From Basidiobolus meristosporus CBS 931.73 (lineage: Eukaryota; Fungi; Basidiobolomycota), in contig MCFE01000050.1 of NCBI GenBank assembly GCA_002104905.1, positions 132,095 to 196,094 of the forward strand: a stretch of 64,000 nt of DNA, written 5' to 3'. The notes under the pieces are model-generated. The model did not search any database, was not told the origin of the DNA, and was given only the letters and a program-made list of their open reading frames with translations. A program made the translations under genes and the position numbers. Numbering within the stretch: the stretch's first letter is position 1; every line of letters starts with the position of its first letter. Below, piece after piece: positions 1-13,500 of the stretch.

Positions 1-3000
1 TGGATTTCTACCTAATATACATCCTGGATTATCTTGAAATAAAGTAATAGGCGTTTTTTGACATAGGCCTAAATCTGTAAACAGCTTTCTTAACCACATT
101 GCTTCATTTGTAGCTTCACAGGCTGCCATATACTCTGCCTCTGTGGTGGAAAGTGCTACGGTTGGTTGCTCTCTTGAATTCCATGAAATTGCTGCTTTAC
201 AGTAAAGAAAGGTGTATCCTGTGGTGGATCTTCTGTCTTTCAAATTTTGTCCCCAATCAGCATCAGAGTATCCCAGAAGATCCTGTTTTGAATCCTTATA
301 AGTGTATCTTAAGCAGATATCAGCAGTTTCTTTTAGGTATCTAAAAATCTGTTTAACTGCTGCAATATGATCAGATTCATAGTTCTTATTATGTTGGCTG
401 ACAACTCCCACTGAATATGAGATATCTGGACGTGTTCCAAGCATGATATACATCAGACTGCCGACCATAGATTGATAAAGAAAGTCAGGGCTTTCAGATG
501 GCACCAAGCTCTCTTGATTTGGTTGAGTTTTGACCAAGTTAAGGTTTGTCTCCATTGGGGTAGCTGCCGGTTTACAGTCTTCCATTTGGTACTTCTTTAG
601 TATGTCTTGAATATACTTGGATTGGCTTAGGGTGATAGTGTGGGTACTTATGTCTATGGAGAACTTAATCCCTAAGTAGTAACTGAGTTCTCCTAGATGG
701 GACATCTTGAACTCTTTTGATAGGCTGGATTTAGTCTCTTCCAATGTTGCTAGGTTATTGGCAGCTATAATAAGATCATCCACATATAGAGCTAATAGAA
801 CTGGATTTGCTCTATCTGGCTTATAATGTATACTATAGTCAGCATTACTCCTTTTGAAACCCAAAGATTCCAAATAAGAATCTATCTTGCAATTCCAGGC
901 TCTTGGTGATTGTTTGAGACCATATAGTGACTTTTTAAGCTTGCAGACCAAATGTGGGTTATCTTGATCAACAAACCCATCAGGCTGGTCCATATACATG
1001 TCCTCATCAAGTTCTCCATTCAAAAATGCAGTTCTTACATCCATTTGATGAATAAAAAACTTATATTTGGCTGCAATAGCCAATATTAATCTGATGGAAT
1101 TAAACTTGGCTACCAGTGCAAAGGTCTCAGTATAGTCAAGTCCTTTTGTTTGAGAGTATCCTTTGGCCACAAGCCTTGCTTTGTATCTTTCAATTGTACC
1201 ATCAGCCTTGTATTCTGTCTTGAAGACCCATCTGCATCCAATTGATTTTTGGTTGATTGGTAATTTGACTAAGTCCCAAGTTTGATTTTCCATCAGGGCC
1301 TGATATTCCTCAGTCATTGCAGATCTCCAAAACTTTATCTGAAGGCTATTTAGGGCCTCTTTTACAGTCTGGGGCTCATCAATATGGACTGAATAGGCAT
1401 AGGCTAAGTTTGTACCCTCATTGATATAGTAATTTGGGCTATTTCTTGTCTGATTGGATCTCCGGGCATTTGATACTGAAATGATCACTTATGGGATATT
1501 CCTGGGCACTGATTCTGGCTGAGCCACGGTTGTAGAGTCCTCTGGAGTGAAAAAATTTTCATTGTTTTGCTGTGATTCAATCCTGACAATTTATGGACTT
1601 GAGATCAAATTTTTGTCATCATGTGATGTCATTTTTTGTGAAAATTTTGAATTTTCATCAAACAACACATCCCTGGACTTGATCAGCTTCTTTGCTTTGG
1701 TATTGTAGAGTCTGTATGCCTTACTCTCATTGCAGTAGCCCAAAAATATGCATTTTACACTTTTTGGCTCAAATTTTGACTGATTTCCAGACAGTTTTTT
1801 GGCATATACAGTACACTCAAATATTCTTAGATTTTCTGCTCTTGGTCTGTATCCATACCATGCTTCAAATGGAGTGGAATCACAAAGTGTTCTGTTATAA
1901 CTCTTATTTTTAAGATATAGAGCAGTGGCAACTGATTCCACCCAAAAATCATGAGATAATTTTTGATCATGGATCATAGATCTTGCCATATCAATTATGG
2001 ATCTGTTAGCTCAATCTGCTACTCCATTTTGCTGTGGGGAGTATGGTACAGTAGTCTCTTGCTTTATCCCATGAATTTCGCGGAAGTGGATGAAGAGTTT
2101 TGAGGTATATTCTCCACCATTGTAAGAGCGTATTTTCTTGATTTTTTCACCAGTTTCTCTCTCCACCATGGCTTTAAACTCCCTGAGCTTAGACAGAGCT
2201 TCTTCCTTTCTCTCCATGAAGTAGACCCATGTTTATCTTGTATAATCATCAGTTAAAGTGATTAAATACTTCATCCCGCCTAAGGATAAATTTTTCATAG
2301 GTCCACACAGATCTGAGTGAATTAGATCTAATTTTTCTTAGTTTTGATTAACCCAGAGCTCTTGAATGGTTGTCTGGCTTGTTTCCCATATATGCAGGCT
2401 TCACAGTGCTCCAAATTAGCTGGGGGATCAATTTTTACTTTGGAAATTAGCTGATCTTTGCTCATTTTGCACAAATAATCAAATTGATGCGTCCAAATCT
2501 TTGGTGCCAAAGCATTGGTGCGTCTTCATTTAAGTTACTTATATTGGCTTCCAGATATGATGGAATATAAGTCAACTTGTATAGATTTTCATCTCTGATA
2601 CCCAAAGCAATATGGGCACCATTTTGATCAGTGATCCTGCATCCACAATTATCAAAGCTGAAATGAGTCCCTATGCTGTGACCCTGCTTACAGATAGTAG
2701 GTTCTTGGGTATTTCAGATACATAGAGTACTTCTTTAAAGGTCAGTGTATGGCTTCCTTCACTGCTTCTAAGGTTTACTTGGAGAGTTCCTTCTCCCACT
2801 GGATCAAGTGATATATTGTCACCCATGAAAACCTTCTTAATTGGAGTTTCTTGATATTGGGTTAAACTTCTTTTTGGTGTGTAAAGTGTTGAGATGCTCC
2901 AGAGTCAATATACCATGTCTGAGAATCCTTGTTTGTGGTCATTTTTAGTGCAGATATGAATAGTCTATCTTCAGTTGTTGCAGCAAACCCATATTCAGGC

Positions 3001-3760
3001 TTCTTTTGCTGATTATCTCTCTTTTTGAGACACTGGTCTAATGTGTGTCCTTTCCTTTTGCAATAGTTGCAAAACAGGTTGCTGTTGCCTTTGTAGGGTC
3101 TTAGGTACCTCCTTTGTTGGTTATCACTGCTTATTAAAGCATTTTCTTCTTCTTTCTTACTGGTGCTTGATTCTCTTAATTCTTCATCCAGGAACCTTCC
3201 ATATATGTAATTTAAGGTCAAATCTTCAGTTCTGGACTCTAGGGCTGATACAAGGCCCTGAGACTTGTCTGTCAGGCTATTCATGTTGGTAACTATCACA
3301 TCCTCTTCAGTAGTTGGTACACCCACAGATTCCATTTCATCTACCAGCAGGGTAATTCTGTTAATTAGATTTTCCATTTCTTCTCCTGGCTGCATTTTTG
3401 TAGTAAAGAATTTTTGTCTCAGATACATCTTCTTAGCAGCTGAACATGACTGTAGGTGTCTTCTAATGCTTTTCAGGCATTCATTGCTGTTTTGCTCTTG
3501 AGCATTGAATTAGCAATTTGTCTTTAACATTAAGGCAAATGCAGTTAAAGGCACTTTGTTCTTTCTTCTGGTACTTCAAGGCTTCCTCTGTCATGTTTTT
3601 AGGAGGGCATTCTTCTCCCATGACCATATCCCAAAGGCCTCTTTCTTGTAGCAGCATCTTCATCTTCACCTTCCACACTTAGTAGTTAGATCCATCCAAC
3701 TTTTCAGCATAGGGAAAAATTCCAGTAATAGCAGTAGTCAACATTGCAGAGAGTGACACC

Positions 3761-3775
3761 TTGGGGCTCATAACC
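3761..3775 (-). other. Primer-binding site, copia type (GGTTATGAGCCCCAA on minus strand)
   Basis: Directly abuts the LTR and matches the GGTTATG(G/A)GCCC PBS of copia elements primed by an internal fragment of initiator tRNA-Met. Confidence 0.7.
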
Positions 3776-4123
3776 TGTTGTAAGAGTCTTGGAGATATTG
3801 GAAGTGATTGGGAGGACAAGTAGAATATGTGGTTTTCACTCAATGATTTATTGAATGTAAAAGTGGTATTTATACTTTTACATTGTCTGGGCATAATGAA
3901 CATGTAGAATAGGCTAAGGAAGGTCCCAAGAACATGTGTGCAAAGTTTGGGGCTGTTTGGACAACTTTGAGAATTTTCATGCTCTGGGTAACTGGTTTTT
4001 TGTGAAAATATTATAAGTAAATCTCAACAAGGAATTTGGTCAGTATTCTCTAGGATTTGAAGGTAATGATCTAAGTGACTAAGTTAGGTGAGTATTTAGG
4101 TGGAATTACAACTTTTTACGACA
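3776..4123 (-). repeat. 5' LTR of the copia element (~348 bp, TG...CA)
   Basis: Bounded by TGTTG and ACGACA. Closely similar to 57052-57383, and more distantly to 4214-4560 and inverted 4832-5185. Confidence 0.85.
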
Positions 4124-4560
4124 GTAAGATCCATCCAACTTTTTCACAGAGAGAAAAGCTCCAGTAATAGCAGTAGCAACATTCTAGGGAGTGACAGGTC
4201 AGAGTTCATAACCTGATGTAAGGGTTTTGGAGATATTGGAAGTGATTTGGAGAACAAGTGGAATGTGTGGTTTTCAATTAATGATTCTATTGTATGGCAA
4301 AGTAGTCTTTGTACTTTGATATCGTCATGGCAAAGCAAGCATGCAGAGTATCTTTAGGAGATTCCATGTTTGTGAGTGCCAAGTTTGGGGGTGTTGGGAC
4401 AACCTATCACAATTGCATGTTCTAGCACCTCATGATTTAGTGACATTATTCTAAGTAAAGCCTTACAAGAAATTTGATCAAAATTCTCTAAGAATTGTAG
4501 ATAGTGATCTAGGTGGATAAGCTAGTCAAATGTTTAGGTGCAATACAAGTTATTACAACA
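4124..4560 (-). mobile_element. Second, older copia copy: LTR (4214-4560) plus degenerate PBS and gag leader, interrupted by the first element
   Basis: 4124-4213 repeats 3685-3775 (GATCCATCCAACTTTT...CCAGTAATAGCAGTAG...TCATAACC), followed by a diverged LTR ending TATTACAACA. Confidence 0.75.
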
Positions 4561-5185
4561 TAACTCTCATTGGGACTGTAAAGGAGCAATCTCAAGATAT
4601 TAAAGACAACAACCAACTGTAGAACTTTGAACTGCAGTAGCAGAGTATATGGTAGCCTGCAAGGCTGCATAGGAAGCAGTGTGGCTAAGAAAGCTCTTTA
4701 AAGATTTGGGATTTAACCAAATATACCCTGCTACAATATTTCAAGATTTGTCTGCAAGAGTTAGAGAACTCTGGTCAAATTCTTTGTTGGGACTTACCTG
4801 ACATATTTTTTCCAAAATATCAGGTACCCACTGTTGTAAAGATTTGTAATTCCATCTAAGTTTTTACCTAACTTAGTCACTTAGATCAATACCTAAAAAT
4901 CTTAGAGTATACTGACCAGATTCCTTGTTTGGATTTACTTAGAATATTTTTACCAAAACATCAGGAACCCAGAACATGAAAGTTAGATAAGTTGTCCAAA
5001 CAGACCCAAACTTTACACACATGTTCTTGGGACCTTCCTAGGCATTTTCTGTGCGCTTTTTTTTTGCTAATACAATGCATGGTATAAGTCCCACTTTTAA
5101 TTTCAGTAAATCAGTCAGTGAAAACCACATAATAAAAATATTCTTCCAATCAGATTCCAATATCTCCAGAACTCTTATAAGTTAC
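4561..5185 (+). mobile_element. Third copia remnant in opposite orientation: RNase H fragment plus LTR (~4832-5185)
   Basis: + strand translates to AEYMVACKAA*EAVWLRKLFKDLGFNQ (copia RNase H region). The downstream sequence is the reverse complement of the family LTR. Confidence 0.7.
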
Positions 5186-6086
5186 AGCAGCAGTACCAAA
5201 TCCTAATGTTCATACAGATAGGCAATACATCAAAAGCATTGCTGGAATCTGCCAATAACACCATGAGCATAGATCTTAAGACTGGCTCACTGAAAAGCAT
5301 GCCTTCCATACTTGCAACAAACACTTGCCCTTCTACTATTTGGGATGTATTTTCCATGGTTTGGTGGTCAGAAAGGCTATCTGGATAAAGATTCAAAATA
5401 TAGCACTAATGGACATTTATGGTAGACTTCTGCAAGGTGCTTTGTAAGTTGCATACACAATGAAGGGGGAACCATAAGGTATGGTAGGCTTGACTGCCTG
5501 ATCTACTTGCTTTGGCAGGCAAGCCAGCTGAAAAGATCACATGGTTGGTGCAATGAAAGGGTTCATATAACTAGGAGTGACCTAAAGTGGCAAATCATTG
5601 AAGTCAACATGTCTACTCAACAAATCAATAAAGGAGAGCTAGGAGTCCTTTCTGATAGCTTAGAGATTCACACTATACACATGCATGACAATTGCCTGAA
5701 TGAGTCTATTAGGTACACCAACGCACACATACTTGACATTTCCCGAGAGCATAACCTGTACTCGGGGATCCTTTGGAAATCTACCCACGACCTTCCCCGA
5801 GATAAAGATTCATTGCATATGGTGGTTACGTAGAGTGCCCAAGAGAAACGAGACGGGGGGTGGTCACCAGGCATGAGCCACCCACTTACCGAAGGGCGAG
5901 GGCAAAGGCGAGCGGACCATTGAAATGGATCAGATTTGTTATGGGAGCGAATTCATTGGCGAGGATCGATGGGGGATTGTTTTGTTTTTCCATCTGATGG
6001 ATTGGCCAGATCCAACACCATCCGATCTATCATCATACCCAACTGTCGTAGGTCCACGAGCACCAGAGTAGTCAGTTAGAAACGCA

Positions 6087-8755
6087 ATGGAGACCACACA
6101 TCCCGAAGAGCTTGCCCAACAGTTGTGGCGCTGGGCGCAGAACGAACTAGGATACAAGCGAGTGGTGAATTTGAGCTCCACCTCGGAGAAGACCGAATTT
6201 GGGGAGGCAGAACTGCAACCGTAAGTATTGGCGGGGGATGGCCACCAGTCTCCCCTCCTTTGGGGGTCAATCAGCAACAGAGGCTAACCCACAAGTATGC
6301 ACCGATAGGCTCTGCAGGAACCAATGGATCCCCATATTTCAGCACCTGCTGAACCACGTCTCCTCAAGAAGGTACGTCCCCCTCTTGTTTGTAAGCTCCC
6401 CACACCTCCGGTTCTCAACTCCCCCGTTCGCTTCAGAAAAGTCCAGCATGTTCGCAACGTCCTCGCAAGGTAACTAGTTGGACCAAAGTGGAAACGGTTT
6501 TTGGGCCCTCCGTGGTAACGGTTTTTTAGTCACCAGGGTGTCGAGCACGGACTTCAGGAGCATAGCGGCTCTTCCAAGTCGCTTGCCCTCAAACAGCTCC
6601 TCGCCTCCAGGCTTGGGGAGGAGGAAACGTTGAAAGGTCGCAATCAGGAGAAACGGGAGCGTTGTCGGAAGAGCATTACTCGTCTCAAAGATATAGGTAG
6701 GTGGCACCTTTAGCTCAAGGCACTTGTTTACTGCCCCACCTGGCCCCCCCATGGACTTACCAACCCTACGATTCTTCAGAGGCCAAGATCCGACAGGCCC
6801 AGTTCCGAATGAAGCAGAAACGGATCCAGCTCAGTCTGAAGGAACACTACATCACCCATCTGAAGAGGTTCCAGAAGATAAGCGAGAACTACCTGAACAT
6901 GATCCAACAGATCGTGGATCGGGAGAAGCACCTGGAGCCGAAGAACCACCTGGACGGGATTCGGGAGATATGTGTGGGCATGTCCGAGATGACCAGGGAG
7001 ATCATCCGTAAAGGGGAAAGCTCTAACCTGGAGGAGGTGAACCAGCGTCTTGAAACGCTGGTCGACGGCACCCCGCCAGTGGAGTTCCTGCGGTACATCA
7101 TGGGGGCCATCAAGGAGAGCTACACCGAGCTGAAGCAGCTGGGCCCGGCATGGGTCACGGAGCTGGAGAACACCGACATCCCCAACCTGGATAGCATGCT
7201 GGAGAGGTGCCATTCCGAGCAGATGGCCAGGTTCGTGGAGATCGAGGAGATGCTGAACGCCATCGAGGATCAGAAGCGCTCCATCGGCCAGAAATTCACC
7301 GAGCTCGACGCCGACATCGCCAACACCTTCACCGAGGATATCGGCAGCCTGGTAAGCGACTTGGTCAAGGCCAAGGCGGAGTATCAGTCGGCCATCGTTG
7401 CCCAGAACGCTATCCAGGACGCCCTTCAGACGGCCCGCGACGACGAAAGCCGGTTTTTGGAAGGATCTTCCGACCTGGAGGAGCAGCGTAGAGAAATCCA
7501 AGCCGTGGGCAGAGAGATTGTAAGTGGCTCTCGAGCGATCCAGGTCACCTGCGGTACTAACCAAGGCCCATCTAGGACTTGAAATGCCTGGTTCTGCAAA
7601 CGCTGGCGAGAAACAATCTGCGTTATCGGGTGAACACGGTGGAGCAGCTGCAGCAGGTAGGTCCATCAGCAGCCGAGCTGACGTGCGGATGGTTGCTAAC
7701 CCGGAGAGACTAGTTTTCAGGATTCTCTCAGGAGCAGATCGAGCCGATGAAAGAGAGATTTAATGGAACGGTTAGCAGATTAAAGAACTTCAGTATCAAC
7801 GACTGCGCTACCTACGGCAACGTCAGCCTGTCTACTGAAGGAACATCTACGGATGGGTAAGTCGGCTACATTCGGGTTGCAGTATCATAGCACCGCCGTG
7901 AATAACACTCGACATATCTTAGGAGATCCATGAACCTCACCATCCACCGAATCAATCAAGACCCCTTCATCCTCAAGCTGAAGGACATTCTAGGCTGCCC
8001 CTCATACATGGTAAGTACCCGACAGGAACCTCCTTCGTTCGCGAGCTCGTCCATTCAACCTTCTCTCCTACAGGGAGCCGAGACTTTCTTGAGTTATTTG
8101 TCGACGCAGATGCAGGATGGTAAGTACCACACCGCATGAGCGCCACCTTTCGAGCGACCCAGCTGACACAAGAATTTATCTAGTTTGGAGGATGAGGACG
8201 GTGAAGAGACACTTTGCCACCCACAACGAAAACTTCAAATCCCTGTGGGATTACGAACTGGAGAAGCTAGGTTCGGTCGAATTCTGACTCTGCCATGGCC
8301 TCATCAACGCGACTAACCTGTTTCCTGTTTCTTCGAAGACTGCCCCAGCGGCCTGATCGACACCACCTCAGAGGACGGCTCCCTCAACATCCTGCTCACA
8401 GTTAGGAGTCTTCGGGGTAAGCGACCGGTACATCCCGGAGGATATGTCGAGGTCTCACTAACCGCATTTCACGAAATCAGACTATGCCGTCGCCCAAGGA
8501 GATCAAGCAGCTAAGGAAGAGTTGGCCAGGATCGAGAGCCGGTTGAGCCAATACCCGGCGCTCATCCGGACCCAGAAGATGCTCTTACAGTTGGCCAAGG
8601 AGAGGTAAATCGTTTGCTAGGACCGCGGCCAGACCAGCGTACTAACGAGCATCCCTAGAAACGCGCTTTACAATGGAGAGATCGGGTCGATAGTTGAACA
8701 AAACGGAAGAACCCTTCGGGAGTACTTACATGAATGGCGTAAACTTGTTGTTTAA
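6087..8755 (+). CDS. HAUS5: HAUS augmin-like complex subunit 5-like coiled-coil protein (multi-exon)
   Basis: Exons METTHPEELAQQLWRWAQNELG / LCRNQWIPIFQHLLNHVSSR / KVQHVRNVLA resemble the HAUS5 N-terminus. Long coiled-coil exon within ORF 6701-7582; GT-AG introns; last exon ends TLREYLHEWRKLVV*. Confidence 0.6.
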
Positions 8756-8902
8756 TGAATATATGTATTTCGCTTGTTCAATTCGCGTGTAAAATTCTTT
8801 TGATCACATTGTAAACAAAGACTAAAATAAACCCCCTCCTCCCTCCCCCTCGCATCAACAACAAGAAATCCCAAGGGTGCATATATATTTACAAGGAACC
8901 AG

Positions 8903-11490
8903 TTACTTGTGCCGTTTTAGCTTACTCATGATCTTGCCATGGCTGGATCCCCTTCTTCCGCCGGAGTGCGACCGCGCCTCGTCCTCCGAGGAATCCAGCG
9001 GCTCCGAGTCGTCCGAGTGGTAGTGCCCGTTCCTGTTCCCGTTCCCATTCCCGTTACCATACCCATTGCCATTTGCAAGTTGTTTTCGCGGGGATTTGTA
9101 GATGTGCTTTCCTCCCTCTTGGCGCCTTCCCCCGTCACTCTCCTGTGAGCTGTCATCAGACGTGCTATCGAACGGTTCTTGCTTTTTGGTTCTCGGGGAG
9201 CTTGAATGCTCCCGGGCCCTCCGGGGGGACGAGGCCGAAGAGGAGTGGCTGTCGGTGCTGCTGTCACTACTTGGGGAGCCCGTATCACTGTCGCTCTGGC
9301 TGGAGGCTTGGTTCCGGGAGCCGCCAGAGTCAGGCCGATGCCGGTATCTATGAGGTTTTTGAGGGGACTTGAGCTTTAGTATAAGCCGCGTTTTGTCAAG
9401 ATTCGAGCTCTTCGGCTGGCTTTCTGGCGTGGAAGAGGAGGAGGAGGAGGAAGACTCGCTCCCGGGGGACTCGGGGGTTTCTGCCTTTTTGGACTCATTC
9501 AAGACGATTCGAAGTTTCAACGGAGGCTGCTTCGAATCGGGCTCCTCCGAGGAAGACCCGGACTCCGAGCTGATGTCTCCATATTGTCGGCTAATGACCT
9601 TCCTCCCTAGGGAAATGGCCAGGTTCAAGGGATCTCGGATGGATGAGGGGATATGGGCCTCGATCTGGGCTTTCTCAGCATCGGAAATGTTGGTCTCGAG
9701 CTTGCGCACCTGCGACTCCAAGTATTCAGCGAGCTTCTTCAGCCCATCTAGCTCCCGCAGTGAGATGACGGTCTCCTTGCCTAAAAAGGGTGAGCTGATC
9801 AGAGACGCGTGGGATAGAGATCGGTGCTGTCCATACCTCGCAGGAGATGAAGGTAGTGCTGCCCCGCGTACCAGCAGATCTCCTCAAAATACGGGAACCG
9901 GAATTTCGCGGAGACCTTGGTGCGTTTCTCGATGCCGGACACCGCTAGCTGAAGGTCGATGTTGATTCCATGGAGGAAGTTACCGCCGATCACAATGGAA
10001 TCGACTGGTGTATGCACAGCATGGATCCAACCAGTAGGGATGATCCTAAGAAGAGGGATGAGCTTGGGCTTGGGTAGGCTGGGGGAGCAATGAGGGGAGG
10101 GGTTACATGGTGTTTCCGGGATACAGGTGGACCTTGTAGCATTTCTTGACTTGGTCTCCGAGAAATGTCGTTGCTTGGTCGGCAGAACTGCTCCACTTTT
10201 CGTACTTGCGGAGATTGCTCTGAGTGGGCTCTATGAAGTAGAAGACTTTCTCTCCGGAGAGAATATGGTAAAAAACCTAGAGGAAGCGGGGGGTCAGTCT
10301 CTCGCGGGGCAATCAGGGAACCGGGCATCTTACGGAGGAGCCTCCGAAGTCTATATGGCTGGAGGAGGCCGGTCAGTACGCAAGTCCACCAACATCCCAA
10401 GGAAATCACTTACAAATCGGTGAAGCTGTCTTTCACGCTCATTAAGCAGTACAGCTGCACCTTGGGGTATTCATGCTTTTTCTTCAACTCGCCGGGCCAG
10501 ACCTGGTCCGTCCAATCGAGCTCTCTGTGGTATGGGTTAGAACTGGTGATGTGCTAGCAATCCGTTAGCCACAACAACTTGCCGCACGATGCGAGGCCTT
10601 TTGATCTGCAACGCCAGGTCAGTGTCGCTGATCTCGAGGCTGATCACGTTCAGTATCCGGTCTTTTTCGGGTCGATTGAAATAGTCTGCCCATTGAAGCA
10701 TCGTCCAAGGGGCAATGTTGGATTGTGTGGCGACGTCTAATCATGAAAAGCAGGGGTTTAGTAGGAAGGCAGTCAGCTCACCGGAAACATTGTCGCTCAC
10801 CCATCACGCTGACCTCTCGGTAGCCACCTAGCACCCAGATGTTTAGCAGTCAGTTCACCAAACTCCCTTCAAGCCTATACGTACCGATAATGTGTGTGAT
10901 GTCTGAGACGGTGATGGACGGCCTTGGCATGGTCATGTCTAAACCTTCTTTGTCTTCTATGATGATAGGCTCGTCGAGGCCATTGATTCGGACCCAGTCA
11001 AGAGTCAGCACATCCCCAGTAACCCGCTGGAAGCTCTCCGCGGCGAACTTCTTGTTCTTGAGGGATTTCACGTAGATATTCTGATTGGATGGGAGCCCGT
11101 TGTCCAGCGCGGCGTAGTTCACGTTGGAGTGTTCCCGGGAGGACTTTCGTTTTTGCTTTTTGTCTGTGGTGGGCCGGACAGGACAGAAGGGATGTTCAGT
11201 AAAGTGGGTTTGTTGGGGCGCATATGGGGCAAAAAGGTGGGAAACCTACAGGTGCTGGGGCCGTTCGGGACTACGCAGTTAGGGCAATGGTATTGGTCGA
11301 ATTGTTCGCATTCCGCTTCATTGAGTTTCAAACAAGCCGCGTGATACCAGACCTCGCAGGAATCACACTGCAGCCAGGTCTCTATTCGTCCGGTCCAGGA
11401 AATACTGGTATGATTCTCTGGAGGACAAAGCGGACAGGTCTCCACGTTTAGTTGAGGGGCAGTATCAGCGTTAGTAGGCCACTGCTTCAT
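8903..11490 (-). CDS. JHD1: PHD-finger + JmjC histone demethylase (JHD1/KDM2/KDM7-like), multi-exon
   Basis: [21 protein letters not shown]...YHCPNC, JmjC-associated motifs [15 protein letters not shown] and [15 protein letters not shown], and a Ser-rich disordered C-terminus. Confidence 0.85.
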
Positions 11491-12032
11491 GGGAAGAATA
11501 GACACAAACATCAGAAAACAGTGGTGCACACGAAGCAGAAATGAGTCCTTTTGGGAATACGTACTTGAGCCATGGGTTCCGATAGAGAGGTTTTTACGAT
11601 CTATCAAAGGGGTTGTGGAATTGAATAGTATGTCTCGTGAGCGCGAGTCGTGACCACGTCTTTTCACTAATATCACTGGAGTATGGAGGTCAAGAAGGTA
11701 GTTACAAATTGAAGGTTAATTACGTCACGTGATCAGGTAACCTCGTTTAATTTGTGTAGAATTTTCACACAGTTGATTTAGGCAAGGACGTGAAGATCAC
11801 ACTGCCATCGCAACAGCGTCATAAGAGGCCAGTTTATTTAGGAAACGGTACCACTGCGAGAAGGGGAATGAAGGAGGTGTATTCGATGTAGTAAGGGTGG
11901 AGGAGATCTAACTGATTGTATCAAGGTCAGCAACAAAAAGACACAGGATATCAAGAGTCTTGGGTGGTGTCGTAACAAAAGGAGCCAAATCGTCTTGGCC
12001 AAAACCTAGATGCAATTTATATACATTCACAA

Positions 12033-12927
12033 TTAACGGCCTGGATTTTCCTTGAAGCACCAGACTTCCAACTCCACGCAAATGAACCGGGGTTCACTGG
12101 ACAAGACTTCATTGTCAAATGTGGGACAGTGCGAGCTTGATCCATTCTCGAGTTCGGAGTCGAGCCACAGCCCAAACTGGCCATCACTTGATGCCGAGAT
12201 GTTTTGTGAGTGTCGAGTATCTGCAAACAAGCCGTGGTTCCATGCTTACCCTCCTCCCACAGCAATAAACTCGTTCTCACAAAGAATACAATAATCATTC
12301 TTGCCCGTCCAAGGGAACACTTTGACCTTGTCCTTCTCATCTATTTTCCAAAGGAAGCTGTAGAGTGACCCAGTGAGTGTGTTATCTTATACAGACAAGC
12401 ATCCGGTCGCAATTGTAGAATACACTGACCACTCTCCGGAACCATAAAAGTTAGGATGGGGCGTGAATGCATCGGACAAATAAGCTCCAAAAACCTGTCC
12501 CAAAGCCCGAGGTGAGGACAACTCTCTTAACCATAAAGCACATCAGGCGGAAAACTTACGGAGCCTGCAGCATCTTTGATAGCCAATAGTAAAGGAGACT
12601 TCCCTTTGGCGAGGCGTAACAGTGTATGCAGACTGATTCCATGCTGGCTCATGCTGTAAAGCAGTTTCCAGTTTTTCTCCAGCTGAATGCGTCGAGGGAT
12701 TTTGGTTTTCAACTACGCGAAGGACTCACTGGTTACCTCGGCTTCTTGTTGGCGAAAGGGGAGTGGCTTACCTGGGCAGCATGATTTTCTGTGAGAACAA
12801 CTTCAGTAGTGGGATTTCTTCCAACCAACATTCTAGCGAACCTGACGAGGGGAGAGGTGGAAATTAAACTTGTTGGCCCTCGCTTTAAATAGGCAACCAC
12901 TAGAAACACATACGTAGGACGACTCAA
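12033..12927 (-). CDS. OXR1: TLDc-domain protein (OXR1 family), short paralog, multi-exon; start uncertain
   Basis: WKLLYSMSQHGISLHTL...LLAIKDAAGSV and GQFGLWLDSELENGSSSHCPTFDNEVLSSEPRFICVELEVW are TLDc motifs. Confidence 0.85.
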
Positions 12928-13500
12928 CCTTGTTTGTTGGTTGCTACAAAAATGGACGGTTGACCAATTTGATCAAATTTTCCATGAAAAAGCGTCGCAA
13001 TAAACCATGTTGCAAGAATCAAATTAAATCCATCAGTGCACCAAAAATAAATCCACTCATTCACCAATCCGTTCGCCATCGCGTAACTTAGACTACTACC
13101 TCTTATGTCTGCGGTGACAATAAGTGAGGCGTTCAATCAGTTTTTGGATATAGCTTCCCAAAAACTATCGGCCGCTAGCTCAAGGCGCTACGAACGTGTA
13201 AGCCTTGATCCGACTTGTTGAGGATTTCCCAGGACCCCGTTGTTTATTAACAATTGGTTAGTTTATAGACCTATTCAAAATATATCTAGAGCTACAGCAC
13301 GAAAGTACTCCCGAAGACCCTTCCTTCTGTAACTCTACGCCAGCCAGCCGCATACCAGAATTTGCTCATGATTTCTTTTTGTAAGTCTTTCTATTCTGAC
13401 TGGTGTATTTTCGTGACATGCTGAGCCACTTACGACACGTAGTACCTATCTTCCTCAGCGCAACGTCAGTATCGACATCAAATATGGCACACCAACCATT

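Larger units (their letters stand above)
1..4123 (-). mobile_element. Ty1/copia LTR retrotransposon, degenerate (5' LTR, PBS, gag-protease-integrase-RT; continues left of the window)
   Basis: Fragmented minus-strand ORFs give the copia order: MWKVKMKMLLQERGLWDMV (DUF4219-like), UBN2-like gag, zinc knuckle CNYCKRKGHTLDQC, protease WYIDSGASQH, integrase SYNGGEYTS/VPYSPQQNGVA, then RT. Multiple stops and frameshifts. Confidence 0.95.

Noticed and set aside
5175-5500. LADSSNAFD resembling the RT motif LDFxKAFD
   Set aside because: A single short motif in decayed CpG-poor DNA with no supporting neighbouring RT motifs.
6776-7666. 296-aa antisense ORF
   Set aside because: Shadow of the GC3-rich coiled-coil exon of the HAUS5-like gene.
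9028-9075. (GGNAAY)n repeat encoding GNGNGN in the demethylase tail
   Set aside because: Ordinary coding microsatellite in a disordered region.
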